Source of the DNA: Candidatus Heimdallarchaeota archaeon
GTDB lineage: Archaea; Asgardarchaeota; Heimdallarchaeia; Heimdallarchaeales; Heimdallarchaeaceae
DNA: 64,000 bases
Direction: 5' to 3'
NCBI GenBank assembly: GCA_018238545.1
Contig: JABCTC010000011.1
Location: 28,340-92,339, forward strand
Shown: positions 9,121 to 19,998 of the stretch, piece by piece
Numbering within the stretch: the stretch's first letter is position 1
Layout: each line of letters opens with the position of its first letter
Translations under genes and position numbers: made by a program
Notes under the pieces: model-generated
What the model was told of the DNA's origin: nothing
The model's database searches: none
Seen by the model: only the letters and a program-made list of their open reading frames with translations

Positions 9121-10515
9121 ATGAAATTTCTACAAAAAACTGCAAACAAGGTAATTTTTTATGGTATAATCGGAGTAGTCCTTATTTCCTCAACAGCACT
9201 ATTAGTTTATTTTGGAATTGATCAAACACCTCCAACTGTTGAATTTAGTTCGCCTCTTAGTCTAGATATTGTTTCGGGAACATACAATATTGAATATACA
9301 ATGGCAGATACAGGTGGATACACAGCGAAAATTAAAACAATCGAGTTATATATCGATGAATCTCTTGTTTCAAATAATGTAAGCTATGCTTGGGACACAA
9401 CTGAATATGATGATGGATATCATACATTATATGTAAAAGTCGCAGACGGAGCAGGGAATATTGCAGAAGATACGATTGTAATTACAGTTGATAATTTTCT
9501 TGATTCAGCACCCACAGATTTGTTCAAAATTCTCAATTATAACGTCTATGAAAGTGGTGTAAATCCAGAATGGAAGGATGTTGTCAAAGCTGAAAATCCA
9601 GATATTGCTGTATTCGTAGAAACAGGGGATTGGGACAATAGTGAAAATAAACAGTTAGATGCCTATGTAAATGAATTCAACGGCTACTTCTATGATGAAG
9701 CCCCATATATTGGATATACAACACAAGGAATAAAATGGAACACCCAAGGGGAGGCTATTCTAAGCCGCTATCCTGTTCTAGAGGTTTATCAAGCCGAAAT
9801 TCTCCATGCCGATGATGATTCAACTGTAGATTTAACACACGCTCTACTCCATGTTGTTGTTGACATAGAAGGAAATGAAGTGCACATTATTGCAATTCAT
9901 TTAAAAGCTGGTCAAACACTAGGGGAAAGAAATACACGGGATAGAGAACAAGAAGCTATTATTAATTATATGGATGAAAACGTTGGAGATGCGCCCCTAA
10001 TCTACATTGGAGATTTAAATTGCAATTCACCAGAGGACATTGGTGCACTTGAAGGTGATAAACATGATGAATTTGGTATAGGACCAGTAACTATGATCCT
10101 TTATCCTGATGACCCAATTTATGGCAATTATTCTTCAGAATATCACAACTTCACTGATGTTTTCAGAACTTTAAATCCATCAGATCCCGGATTCTCCTTA
10201 CACATACCATCTTTAACAACTAGGATTGATTATATTTTTGTAAACCAACATTTTACAAATGCTTTCATTAATTCTGGAATAAAAAGTAACACAGAATTTG
10301 ATGATATAGGTTCTGATCATTATACTGTAGATGCATTAATATCGATAGAAAACATAACAATGCTATCAATTTCACCCAAGTATTTCGCAGTAACTGAAAA
10401 TACAGAGGAGTGTTTCAACAGTTTTTCACCTTTGAGTAAATTATCAATGACTGAAAAATTTGCACAACAGCTTGTGAGTGTTTTTACTCCAAACTTATTA
10501 AAAAAGAAATTATGA
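9121..10515 (+). CDS. Membrane-anchored Ig-like domain plus endonuclease/exonuclease/phosphatase (EEP) protein
   Basis: N-terminal TM; WDTT...DG.HTL.VK..D.AGN Ig-like; ILNYNV, PDI...E, IHL, GDLN, RIDYIF, SDH. Confidence 0.85.
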   Translation: MKFLQKTANKVIFYGIIGVVLISSTALLVYFGIDQTPPTVEFSSPLSLDIVSGTYNIEYTMADTGGYTAKIKTIELYIDESLVSNNVSYAWDTTEYDDGYHTLYVKVADGAGNIAEDTIVITVDNFLDSAPTDLFKILNYNVYESGVNPEWKDVVKAENPDIAVFVETGDWDNSENKQLDAYVNEFNGYFYDEAPYIGYTTQGIKWNTQGEAILSRYPVLEVYQAEILHADDDSTVDLTHALLHVVVDIEGNEVHIIAIHLKAGQTLGERNTRDREQEAIINYMDENVGDAPLIYIGDLNCNSPEDIGALEGDKHDEFGIGPVTMILYPDDPIYGNYSSEYHNFTDVFRTLNPSDPGFSLHIPSLTTRIDYIFVNQHFTNAFINSGIKSNTEFDDIGSDHYTVDALISIENITMLSISPKYFAVTENTEECFNSFSPLSKLSMTEKFAQQLVSVFTPNLLKKKL

Positions 10516-10614
10516 GAGCCCTTTTTCTTTCCTTTTTCTTTGTACAGCACTTGTAAGGGCTAAATTTGCATAACATCTATATACTTGTTTGCGCTTCTAT
10601 TGTTGGGGATATAT

Positions 10615-11265
10615 ATGTCGTCTGATGATTCACCATCTGACATATCGAATACAATTGTATATTGTGCAGTGTTAATTAGTGATACGATGGTAAGAATGGC
10701 AGACCTTGTTACGCTAACCTTGCTTTATCACCCGGGGATGGAAGAAAGAGTCGAAATGATGGAATCACTGTATGAAAATATAGTAAATTTCATTGATGAT
10801 ATCACAACAACAATTTATGCGCCCATGGATCGATATGAATTATCTATCAATCAGTATGACCCTATTTTTTCTAATCTAAAAAATGTTTCAAAGATGATGG
10901 TTGACCTTATTTCACAGCTTTCTCAACAGCATATAGAGATGCAACTTCAAATTCTGGAGTATCTTTACAACTTAAACAAATCTATTCTGGGAGCAATAAC
11001 TGAATTTAGTTACCTTGTTCATGCAAATAATAATGACATTCAAGCTTATGACCGAAAGAGAATTACAGATATCGAAATAGTAGGGCATAAAATCTATCGT
11101 ATGTTATTAAAGGAAATAAGTGAAAATTCTAATGATTGGAAACAAGGGTTTATACAGAACGTAGTAACTGAGAAAATGAGTTCAATTATCTATTACACTT
11201 GTGAGGCAAGTAAGAAGATTTATGCTGCTAAGCTTGCAAATATTGGTATTTCAAAAATTAAGTAA
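10615..11265 (+). CDS. Helical-bundle protein, DUF47/PhoU-like
   Basis: All-helical; TIYAPMDRYEL and ITDIE..GHKIYR.LL resemble DUF47; ATG 10615 follows GGGGA. Confidence 0.5.
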   Translation: MSSDDSPSDISNTIVYCAVLISDTMVRMADLVTLTLLYHPGMEERVEMMESLYENIVNFIDDITTTIYAPMDRYELSINQYDPIFSNLKNVSKMMVDLISQLSQQHIEMQLQILEYLYNLNKSILGAITEFSYLVHANNNDIQAYDRKRITDIEIVGHKIYRMLLKEISENSNDWKQGFIQNVVTEKMSSIIYYTCEASKKIYAAKLANIGISKIK

Positions 11266-11310
11266 AAATAAAGTCTTTTTAATATCAATGGTTTTGTAAA
11301 ACTGAGCTAA

Positions 11311-12078
11311 ATGAAGATTTCTCAATATAATATCTCTCCAAACCTAAAGATAATCGATTCTTTACCTATTTTGTTCATTCAAGACGAGAGAATATTAGTA
11401 ATTGCAGATCTTCATTTAGGTATTGAAGCCATTATGTCTAGAGATGGTACATATTTACCTCATAACCAAACCCAAGATATAATCGAACTAATTTCACATT
11501 ATCTTAAGGAAATAAAACCAGATGAACTAATTCTAAATGGAGACGTCAAACATAGTTTTCATGAACCAACAGAGATAGAAAATAGAGATGTTCAGAGGTT
11601 TCTTAGAGCAATTTCCCCTCTTGTAAGTAAGATATCAATAACTCAAGGAAATCATGATGTTTTTCTAAGTTGGGCCACAAAAGGCATGGATAATGTTTGT
11701 ATTTACAAAAACCATTATACAAAAGGTAAATATTTTTTCACTCATGGTGATAAGGAATTACCTAAGGTACTTCCGGAGAAAACAAAGTATATTATTATTG
11801 GTCATGAGCACCCAATTCTTGAAGCTAGAATCAATAAATTGCAGAAAATTAGAGCTCCAGCTTTTGTAGTTGTCCCCATGAAGAAGAAGGATATAAAATT
11901 AATAGTTTTGCCAGCTTTCTCTGCATATTCTTCTGGAACGCCAATCAATCCAGATTCGAAAAATAATCTTTTATCACCCATTCTACGAAACGATGTTAAT
12001 CTTTCTGAATGTCAATTATATGCTCTGGATAAAAACAAAGAAGTCTTTCATTTTCCTTCCTTTAAGGAATGGACATAA
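11311..12078 (+). CDS. Calcineurin-like metallophosphoesterase (ICC/PdeM-like)
   Basis: ADLHLG, NGDVKH, GNHD, HGD, GHEHP, LPAFS. Confidence 0.9.
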   Translation: MKISQYNISPNLKIIDSLPILFIQDERILVIADLHLGIEAIMSRDGTYLPHNQTQDIIELISHYLKEIKPDELILNGDVKHSFHEPTEIENRDVQRFLRAISPLVSKISITQGNHDVFLSWATKGMDNVCIYKNHYTKGKYFFTHGDKELPKVLPEKTKYIIIGHEHPILEARINKLQKIRAPAFVVVPMKKKDIKLIVLPAFSAYSSGTPINPDSKNNLLSPILRNDVNLSECQLYALDKNKEVFHFPSFKEWT

Positions 12079-12155
12079 GATATTTCTCCCCAAAGTTAAT
12101 AAATCTTATAGAAGTATTTTATTCAATTAGATATAATCAACTGAGTGGATTTTAA

Positions 12156-12434
12156 ATGTCTAAAAAGGAAAGCCTAAGGCCTACAATCTGTATGTTCCCT
12201 TGTCCAGTTTGTGCAATAGATACAGATGTAGATCTTTTTGAAAAATCTACTCGTTCAACATTTTACTGCAGGGTTTGTGCAAGAGTATATATTTGTAAGC
12301 TTCCTCTTGGTTCAATTCAAGTCGGGGAGAATATTCGATATATTTGTCCTATTGATCATACTGAATTAGAAGAATCTCCTTTTAGAGCAAAAGAAATTGA
12401 ATTGCTTATCGAAAAGGCTAAAGAAGGTAAATAG
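12156..12434 (+). CDS. Small zinc-binding protein
   Basis: CPVC..CRVC..C..CPID motifs. Confidence 0.65.
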   Translation: MSKKESLRPTICMFPCPVCAIDTDVDLFEKSTRSTFYCRVCARVYICKLPLGSIQVGENIRYICPIDHTELEESPFRAKEIELLIEKAKEGK

Positions 12435-12449
12435 AACATCACTCTGAGA

Positions 12450-13424
12450 TTGATGAAATCAAAGAAAAACAAATATCCTAGAGTTACTCCAATCGATATA
12501 AAAGACAAAGATTCTATTACTGATCTTATTGCAGAATTTCACTCTTCTGGAGTTTTTGGTCCAGGTAGAATTGCTAAGGCTGTTGACATCTATACAGAGA
12601 TGATAAAACAAAAAGCCACAGTTTTCCTCGGCATAGCTGGAGCTTTAGTACCAGGGGGCATGAGAAAGATTTTGACAGATATGATCACAGAAGGTATGGT
12701 AGATGTTATTGTATCTACAGGAGCAAATGTCACCCATGATTTGATTGAAGCCTTTGGAGGAAAACATATTCGACACGTTCCTTATGAATCAGATCAAGAG
12801 TTACGAGACAAATCTATCGATAGGATATATGATGCATTCGTTGCTGATGAATCATTTATGAAATTGGAAGATAATCTGCAACCTATATTCAAAGAAATAT
12901 GGGAGAATAATAAGGATGAAACAAATACTTTGGTAATCTCAACATGTAAACTAATGGAACTAATAGGAGAAAAACTAGATGACGAGGGGTCATTCGTTAA
13001 AGCTGCGTATGATAACAAAGTACCAATTTACGTTCCAGCATTAGCTGATAGTGTCGTAGGACTTCAATTATGGTTATTTTCCCAATTAAATAGAACACTT
13101 ATAGATGATATGGATGACTTAGGTTCAATTCAAAGACTTGCATGGGATTCAGAAAAAGCAGGAGCATTTTTCCTTGGAGGTGGGGTTCCAAAAAACTACA
13201 TTTTTCAATCTCGTTTAATGTCTCCAAAGTCATTTGATTATGCAATACAAATTACGATGGACCGTGTAGAAACAGGGGGTTTATCAGGCGCATCACTAGA
13301 AGAAGCAGTCTCTTGGGGAAAAGTAAAATCAGATAGCAGAATGATCAATGTTGTATCAGATATCACAATTGCCTTGCCCTTGATTTTTCAAGCAACATTG
13401 ACCAATCTGAAAAAAGCTGACTAG
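12450..13424 (+). CDS. dys: Deoxyhypusine synthase
   Basis: GALVPGGMR, STGAN..HD, RIYD, GGGVPKN, GGLSGA..EAVSWGK with catalytic Lys. Confidence 0.93.
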   Translation: MMKSKKNKYPRVTPIDIKDKDSITDLIAEFHSSGVFGPGRIAKAVDIYTEMIKQKATVFLGIAGALVPGGMRKILTDMITEGMVDVIVSTGANVTHDLIEAFGGKHIRHVPYESDQELRDKSIDRIYDAFVADESFMKLEDNLQPIFKEIWENNKDETNTLVISTCKLMELIGEKLDDEGSFVKAAYDNKVPIYVPALADSVVGLQLWLFSQLNRTLIDDMDDLGSIQRLAWDSEKAGAFFLGGGVPKNYIFQSRLMSPKSFDYAIQITMDRVETGGLSGASLEEAVSWGKVKSDSRMINVVSDITIALPLIFQATLTNLKKAD

Positions 13425-13469
13425 TACAAAAGTAAGATTATTAATTGAACAATACAAATTTAAGAATAG

Positions 13470-14273
13470 ATGACCAAAAACAATATCTCAACTTTCGTCT
13501 CAACTGAACGTTTATCAGATTTTTTAGTTGACGAAAATTACAAGATACTTGATCTTCGTACTCAAGAGAAATTTGGTCAAGGACACATAGTTGGTTCTAT
13601 TCATGTTGACTCAGAATTATTCATAAAAAGGGATGATGAAGGAATCAACATAGTTCCTGAAAAAGGAGTAATTCTTACTGTTTTAAGGGAGAAGGGGGTT
13701 AATAAAGATGATACGCTTATCCTTGTTGATGATGTTTTTAATCTGAATTGTTCTATTGCAGTTTGGGTTTTTCATTACTATGGTTTTTTTAATGTACAAC
13801 TGTTAGATGGAGCTTTATCAAAATGGGAAAAGGAAAACAGACAATTAACAACAGAAGTAGCTTTTTATCCCCCTGGTAATATTGATTTCACTGTTGAAAA
13901 TTCTTCAATTATTATCACAAAAGATGAAATACTCATGAATATTTATTCGGAGGATTATATATTTGTTGATAATCGATCAGAATATGCCATAAAATATGAT
14001 CAACAGGGAGGAACCATTCCTGGTGCTAAACAATTCTTTTATCTTGACATCTTTGAAGAATATCCTGATTATTTCATACTAAGAGATCTTAAAATCATAC
14101 ACAAAGAGTTACACGAGAAAGAAATAAATGAAGATAAAACTATTATTCTTTTCTGTGAATCAGCACCTCAATCTGCCTTGTTTTATCTGGTTATGAAAGA
14201 ATTGGGTTATCCAAATGTTAAACTATATCTAGCTGGATATGAAGAATGGCGAATTATATGCTCGTTTCTCTAA
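13470..14273 (+). CDS. Tandem-domain rhodanese / sulfurtransferase
   Basis: DLR...GHIVGS, LLDGAL.KW, DNR, G.IPGA, FCES, VKLY.AGY.EW. Confidence 0.85.
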   Translation: MTKNNISTFVSTERLSDFLVDENYKILDLRTQEKFGQGHIVGSIHVDSELFIKRDDEGINIVPEKGVILTVLREKGVNKDDTLILVDDVFNLNCSIAVWVFHYYGFFNVQLLDGALSKWEKENRQLTTEVAFYPPGNIDFTVENSSIIITKDEILMNIYSEDYIFVDNRSEYAIKYDQQGGTIPGAKQFFYLDIFEEYPDYFILRDLKIIHKELHEKEINEDKTIILFCESAPQSALFYLVMKELGYPNVKLYLAGYEEWRIICSFL

Positions 14274-14285
14274 AACTAACGTTTC

Positions 14286-16118
14286 TTACCTGTTTTGACC
14301 AAAGTATTTTGCAAGAAAATCTTGACGTAATCCATATATTTGGGTAATTTCTGAATCAATTTCCGCTTCAATTTCTAAGATTTGAGGTTCTATGCCGTCT
14401 TTCGATTTGTCGAGTAATGAAAGAATTTGTCTTACATACTTAGATACTATAGCTCTTTCACTTATTGGTGGTATGGGAATACCCTTCAATGGAAAGCTGA
14501 AAAATTCTAGCATTTTCCCTTTTGTTTTACCTGCTTCCCTAAACCAGAAATTAGTAAAACTACTATTGAGAATTCCTAGGATAGCTAAGGTATCTTTCTC
14601 ATCTTTAGGAACTATAGCATAGATATCAGTTGCTCCAAAATGCCTCTCCGTATCTAAAGAGAACCTTGGTAATAAGCTTCTGTAGGGACACAGTATTTTT
14701 GTTTGTGATTTGACAAAGGTAGATAGGTTTCGATATACGCTATAATCAAACCATCGTATCTTGTTCTTTTCCATTAGACGTTTTCTATCTGGTCCCATCG
14801 TTAACAATGATTTGTTTCTAGTAAGATATTTCTGAGTGTTTGGATAATCTGACAATTCAATTATTCTAGATGGCAATATGGCCCTCAATTCTTTCTTTTT
14901 TGAGATTAACCATCTTTGAACATGTCTATTTGTTACGAAAGGAACTAGAACCTCTTCTTCAATATTATTAATTTTCAGTTCATGTTGATTTAATACAAAA
15001 ACTTCTTTTACTCCTGGTGAAAGTCCTTGTGCAATCTTAGCAATATTGCCAAGTTTATCGAAATTGCTATTATTACTAATTTCTTTAATTATAGATAGAT
15101 ATCGGGATAGAACCCATTTTGTAGCACTGAGTTCGGATGGATTAATAGAAAGATGTTTTGGCAATAACCTACTCGATTTCTTGAGTTCAAAGAAATTTTT
15201 AGGAAGATTCTTTACAAAGTTAAAGTTCTGATTTGGTGGCCTATTCTGTATTGTAAGAATACTTGTCGAGACATTAAGCCATCGACCTTCATCTTTGAAG
15301 ATTCTAATACCTTCTAGGTTAATGATTTCCAATATTTGATAACGCAAAATCTCAGATCTTAACAAATCTGCATATTGATTTTCTATCCAATAATTTGGTG
15401 TAATCAAAGAGACAATACCATCGTTTTTTAACAAACTGAGGGATTTCATAATGAAAAAATAATATATGTCTGAAGATGCACGAAATAGATGTTTCCATCG
15501 CTTAGAGGTCTTCAAATAATCAAATAGAAGTTGTGTATCCTCTGTTCTAGTCTCAATTTTTTTTAGATTGAAATATGGCGGGTTACCAACAATTACATCA
15601 AAAGAGTCTATATCACTAAAACTCTCCTCCCAAGAAAACGGTTTCATCTTTGAGATTTGAGTGCTCGAAAACATTTCCTTAGCATCAATATCGACAATAC
15701 TATTACCACATTTCAAATTACCAAATGATTCACCTTGAAAAATGGGATAAGTTTTGGAAATCCGGGTTTTGCATATTTCTAAAGTGTTAGAATTGAGTTC
15801 AACACCATAAATATTACTTGTTACAAAACGATAAAAAAAGTCCATTTTCAATTTTCCGTCATATTTAGAATAAGATCTTAAAACATTCCAGAGCCATTTC
15901 AACAACCCTAAAATAAAATTACCAGTTCCAATTGAAGGATCACAGAAACGTAATTTAGAAAGTGTTTCGGTAAATTGTTTATAGTTGCCCAGCTCTATCC
16001 TTTTAGATGAGATTAACTGATTAAATACCTGCTCTATCATAAAATCTACCACTGGAGAAGGTGTGTAGAATTCACCAGTTTTCTTTCTGTGATTCTGATT
16101 AAGATTCATAGGTTTCAA
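14286..16118 (-). CDS. N6-adenine DNA methyltransferase (TaqI/Eco57I-like); no adjacent restriction enzyme
   Basis: GEFYTP, DPSIGTGNF motif I, FDVIVGNPPY motif IV, C-terminal GILNS target-recognition region. Confidence 0.9.
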   Translation of the reverse strand: MKPMNLNQNHRKKTGEFYTPSPVVDFMIEQVFNQLISSKRIELGNYKQFTETLSKLRFCDPSIGTGNFILGLLKWLWNVLRSYSKYDGKLKMDFFYRFVTSNIYGVELNSNTLEICKTRISKTYPIFQGESFGNLKCGNSIVDIDAKEMFSSTQISKMKPFSWEESFSDIDSFDVIVGNPPYFNLKKIETRTEDTQLLFDYLKTSKRWKHLFRASSDIYYFFIMKSLSLLKNDGIVSLITPNYWIENQYADLLRSEILRYQILEIINLEGIRIFKDEGRWLNVSTSILTIQNRPPNQNFNFVKNLPKNFFELKKSSRLLPKHLSINPSELSATKWVLSRYLSIIKEISNNSNFDKLGNIAKIAQGLSPGVKEVFVLNQHELKINNIEEEVLVPFVTNRHVQRWLISKKKELRAILPSRIIELSDYPNTQKYLTRNKSLLTMGPDRKRLMEKNKIRWFDYSVYRNLSTFVKSQTKILCPYRSLLPRFSLDTERHFGATDIYAIVPKDEKDTLAILGILNSSFTNFWFREAGKTKGKMLEFFSFPLKGIPIPPISERAIVSKYVRQILSLLDKSKDGIEPQILEIEAEIDSEITQIYGLRQDFLAKYFGQNR

Positions 16119-16400
16119 ACAGTTCCTTATCGGGAGTTAACATATTCAATAAAAAAAGGTTTGTTCTCCCTCCCAAAATCCGGTGTATGAAGCTGTGCCA
16201 CGAAGTGGAGAGCCATGTCCAAGAGAAGGGAAGATTGATTGCTTTAAAAACCGGTGAATCTAATTGCATTAAGATTGCATATTTTGTCACTTTCTTTACT
16301 TGGGGTTTTTATAGTTTCGTAGAAAAATATCCCCTATTATATCGTTTACATGGAAAATTAATTATCTAAAGTTACTGAACTAAAAAAGAATGGATTAGGT

Positions 16401-18488
16401 TCAGCAGCTTGCTAAATTAACTAATCTTTCCCATCTTTCGTCTACTGTTTCTTGAATCTCAATTAATTTCTTCTTCCATTCAGGTTTGAACAGATGTCTA
16501 AATCTTCCTTGAAGCTTAAGATAATCCTCAACTGGGACTTTTCTATCAGGATTCTTAGCAATTCTTGCAGATTCTCCTGTTAAAATCCATTCTCCTAGGT
16601 AAGTTCCGTATAGTGGGAAGAAACAAGATTTTACAGCAATTTTAGTGGTTTCTATAGAGATTTCAGGTGCATATCGTTGGCCAAGATTACAAGGTGAATC
16701 AACTAACAAGAAAGCTGAACCATCGTGTTTCAAGCCAGCTTGAACTTTAGCCATTAAATCTCTGATATAAGCTGGACTTGCAGTAAAAGCAGGAATTTCA
16801 TGAGCAGCCATAATTTCAGCCAAAGGTTTAGCCCATTTAATCTTACCAGGGATGACCTTTCCAGGAGGACTTGTTGTAGTAGCAGCACTTTGAGGAGTAC
16901 CTCCAGAGCGTTGGATTCCTGTGTTGTGAACTACTATACCATCTGCAATAAAATTATGTTCGTCCTCAACCCTAAGATCAATTGTAGGCTCTTCTCGAAT
17001 GAAATTTATAGAAACTATTTTTTCAGTTTTAAAATTAGGATTGTCAGCGAGGAAATCTCTTTGTTTTATCTGTGAGAGGTACTTTCCTACATTTGGTTCC
17101 TTTTTCCTACTGAAACAGATATATCCATAATTACTATCCTCAAGTAACTTTCTGTACACCACAAACGTACCCTTTTTCTTTTGTTGTTTGTGTATTTTTC
17201 CTACACGATAATTCATTGTTTGAAGAAGCAATCTCATTGTTTTTAATAGTTCAATGCTTGCAGAAACGTATCTATTGCTTTTGCCGATTGTATAGCCATC
17301 TGATTGTAATAATCCTTTAATCAGGCCTTCTTTTTCTTCCAATGGAAGAGTAAAAATCCACGAAGGAATTTTTTTATTTTTAGCACCCTTTCCAATATCT
17401 AACGAATCTATAAATTTCGCTAGATTCACTGAATAGATATAGACATCATTTGGATTAACTTCGCTAGGTGTTATTCCAAAAAGTTTCTGAGTAAGTTCTA
17501 TCAATCTTTTTCTTTCTTTTGTATCTTTAGGAATTGAAAAACCAATTTCTGTTTTATGAACTCTAACCCATCCATCACCAATAAATAACCCAAGAAACTC
17601 CATGAGTTCAGGATTGCTTTCTTTTGGTAAAGCAACTTCATTTAGTTTGTTTACTTTGTAATCACCTAATTTGGACATTTTGATTGTTTCAAAAGTATAA
17701 CTATTTCCTTCCGCTAAACTTTTTAACACAACTATTTCATCCCCCACATTTAGCTCCCCTAATGTTTTCCAAATTAACTTGTTTTCAATGTTTTTTCTAC
17801 TTCTTTGAACTATTAAAAATGGATGGTTAATTGTGGTACGAATTGTGTGATGAAGTGTGTTTAATTCATATATTTTTTTGATTCCATTATCAAATATCCC
17901 ACTACATTCTTTTAGCACAAGTTCCCCAGATTTTTGGTTAAACGCATAAACTTGGTCACCTATCTTGATATCCGTTACCCGTTTAAGTCCCTCTTCTGTC
18001 ATAATATGAGTATCTAAACTTAAGCAATTCATGTAAGCTCCATTGTTGTAACAAACGTAGAGGAAGTCATGACCTCGTTCTATAGCTCCAGATAGACTCT
18101 GTAAGCCTATATCATATGTGCCCCCATCACCTCCAAAAATAATCATATTCACATTTCTATCAGGTTTGTTTTGCTTCCTTCTCATAGCTTTCATTGCTTC
18201 AATTGCCCCAGAAGCTGTAGCAGGTGCATTTTCGAAAGCATTATGCAACCAAGGAGCATTCCATGCTGTATAAGGATATATGGTTGTTGCTACTTCTAGA
18301 CAACCTGTGGCATTAACAATCATTATTGGGTCACCTAGAGCTTTTGCAGCTAATGTGACTTGTCTTGCCATTATTCCAGCACCACAACCCGAGCATAATC
18401 GATGACCACTTGTTAATACTTCACCTAGCTTTGACCATTCTTGTAAGTCTTTCACAGATATACTTGGTAATTCTAACATTTTCTTCAC
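16401..18488 (-). CDS. porB: Pyruvate/2-oxoacid:ferredoxin oxidoreductase beta subunit, intein-containing
   Basis: [32 protein letters not shown] motif, N|TGIQRS; 327-aa extein. Confidence 0.93.
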   Translation of the reverse strand: MKKMLELPSISVKDLQEWSKLGEVLTSGHRLCSGCGAGIMARQVTLAAKALGDPIMIVNATGCLEVATTIYPYTAWNAPWLHNAFENAPATASGAIEAMKAMRRKQNKPDRNVNMIIFGGDGGTYDIGLQSLSGAIERGHDFLYVCYNNGAYMNCLSLDTHIMTEEGLKRVTDIKIGDQVYAFNQKSGELVLKECSGIFDNGIKKIYELNTLHHTIRTTINHPFLIVQRSRKNIENKLIWKTLGELNVGDEIVVLKSLAEGNSYTFETIKMSKLGDYKVNKLNEVALPKESNPELMEFLGLFIGDGWVRVHKTEIGFSIPKDTKERKRLIELTQKLFGITPSEVNPNDVYIYSVNLAKFIDSLDIGKGAKNKKIPSWIFTLPLEEKEGLIKGLLQSDGYTIGKSNRYVSASIELLKTMRLLLQTMNYRVGKIHKQQKKKGTFVVYRKLLEDSNYGYICFSRKKEPNVGKYLSQIKQRDFLADNPNFKTEKIVSINFIREEPTIDLRVEDEHNFIADGIVVHNTGIQRSGGTPQSAATTTSPPGKVIPGKIKWAKPLAEIMAAHEIPAFTASPAYIRDLMAKVQAGLKHDGSAFLLVDSPCNLGQRYAPEISIETTKIAVKSCFFPLYGTYLGEWILTGESARIAKNPDRKVPVEDYLKLQGRFRHLFKPEWKKKLIEIQETVDERWERLVNLASC
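16923..18026 (-). mobile_element. Intein (368 aa) with LAGLIDADG homing endonuclease in porB
   Basis: Starts CLSLDTHI; TINHPF block B; FLGLFIGDG and [10 protein letters not shown]; ends [19 protein letters not shown], followed by Thr. Confidence 0.93.
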
Positions 18489-18489
18489 C

Positions 18490-19671
18490 TTAACTCCTAT
18501 ATCCTATCCACTCTTGGGTTAATGTTTTCCCTTCTTCGTGGTAAACTTTTGCTTTTTCATAAGCTTCGATAATTTGAGGTAAAGTTAATACTCTTCCACC
18601 CAAACCATTGATGAATCCATGCAAAGTTGGAACATCTTTTTTACCATATAATGCAGTTGCTATGTCTCCTTGCACAATAGTTCCTGGAGACCCATAAGTT
18701 GCAGATCTATCGAGAATTGTTGCAGATTTTATTCCCTTCAAAGCATCATAAATATCGTCGATTGGGAATGGTCTATGTAATCTGATTTTTAGTGCTCCAA
18801 CTTTTTCTCCTTTCTCTCTTAACTTGTTTACTACTGCTTTAGCATTTCCAGCTGTAGCACCATAAGAGATGAAAGCATGTTCAGCATCTTCGAGCTGGTA
18901 TTTCTCGACAATTTCCATTTTTCTTCCAGTTAATTCTGTAAATTCTGCCATTACCTCTTTTGTTACTTTATAGGCATTCTGCATTGCTTCTTCTTGTTGT
19001 CTTTTTATTTCCATGTAGTAATCTTGTAAAACTAAAGATCCAAAAGTCATAACTTCATCAGGACTAAATTTATACTTAACATCTCTTTCAGCTGGGAGAA
19101 ACTCCTCAACATCTGTTTTACTCATTGTTTCTACTCTTTCTAGAGCATGTGTAACAATGAAACCTTCAATTCCAAACATTGTAGGTAATTGAACATCTGG
19201 GTGTTCACCTATTTTGAAAGACATTATTGTTTCATCATATGCTTCTTGTGCTGATTCTCCAAAAAGTGAAACCCATGAAGCATCTCTACATACTAGTTGA
19301 TCAGTACATTCTCCATGAATGTTTATTGGCGCACTGAAAGCTCTGTTTGCAACTGCAAGAACAATTGGGCACCTCATTCCTGAAGCAACATATAGAATTT
19401 CATACATCAATGCAAGCCCTGCTGAAGCTGTTGCTGTAAAAACTCTTGCTCCTGTCATTGATGCACCTACACAGGCTGACATCGCGGAATGTTCAGACTC
19501 TACAGGAATAAAACTTGTATCTACTTCACCATTATTGACAAAATCACTGTATCTTTCAACGATTATTGTTTGAGGAGTAATTGGATAAGCTGCTAGTACA
19601 TCAGGATTAACTAATTTTACTGCGTATGCAACTGCTTCATCACCAGTCATACCTCTAACTTGTTTTAACAT
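18490..19671 (-). CDS. porA: Pyruvate/2-oxoacid:ferredoxin oxidoreductase alpha subunit
   Basis: [33 protein letters not shown]. Confidence 0.95.
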   Translation of the reverse strand: MLKQVRGMTGDEAVAYAVKLVNPDVLAAYPITPQTIIVERYSDFVNNGEVDTSFIPVESEHSAMSACVGASMTGARVFTATASAGLALMYEILYVASGMRCPIVLAVANRAFSAPINIHGECTDQLVCRDASWVSLFGESAQEAYDETIMSFKIGEHPDVQLPTMFGIEGFIVTHALERVETMSKTDVEEFLPAERDVKYKFSPDEVMTFGSLVLQDYYMEIKRQQEEAMQNAYKVTKEVMAEFTELTGRKMEIVEKYQLEDAEHAFISYGATAGNAKAVVNKLREKGEKVGALKIRLHRPFPIDDIYDALKGIKSATILDRSATYGSPGTIVQGDIATALYGKKDVPTLHGFINGLGGRVLTLPQIIEAYEKAKVYHEEGKTLTQEWIGYRS

Positions 19672-19677
19672 CCATCA

Positions 19678-19998
19678 TCACCTTGTTAATCTCTTTAATT
19701 CTATTGCATCTGCGGGGCAATGTTTTGCACATATTCCACAGCCTTTGCAATAATTTACATCAACCATCGCTTTCATATCCTCATCCATTTCTATTGCTGC
19801 ATCAGGACAGTAATAAAAGCAATTCATACAGCTAATACATTTCGATTTGTCAATTATAGCTTTGAAAGCTGACCAATCACCTGTCTTATATTCATATGCA
19901 GTATGGAAAGGGACCGTTCCACCAATTGGCAGATTTTTGGTTCCCCATTTTTCACTTACCCATTTCTTCAGTTCTTTGGGAGCTTCTTTCTCAACCAT
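19678..19998 (-). CDS. porD: Oxidoreductase delta subunit (2x4Fe-4S)
   Basis: KTGDW, CISCMNC..YCPD, YCKGCGICAKHCP. Confidence 0.95.
   Translation of the reverse strand: MVEKEAPKELKKWVSEKWGTKNLPIGGTVPFHTAYEYKTGDWSAFKAIIDKSKCISCMNCFYYCPDAAIEMDEDMKAMVDVNYCKGCGICAKHCPADAIELKRLTR

Noticed and set aside
16395-16406. PorB ending Cys-TGA-Thr-TAA as a possible selenocysteine
   Set aside because: No recognisable SECIS on that strand, and I know of no PorB with C-terminal Sec; an ordinary stop is simpler.
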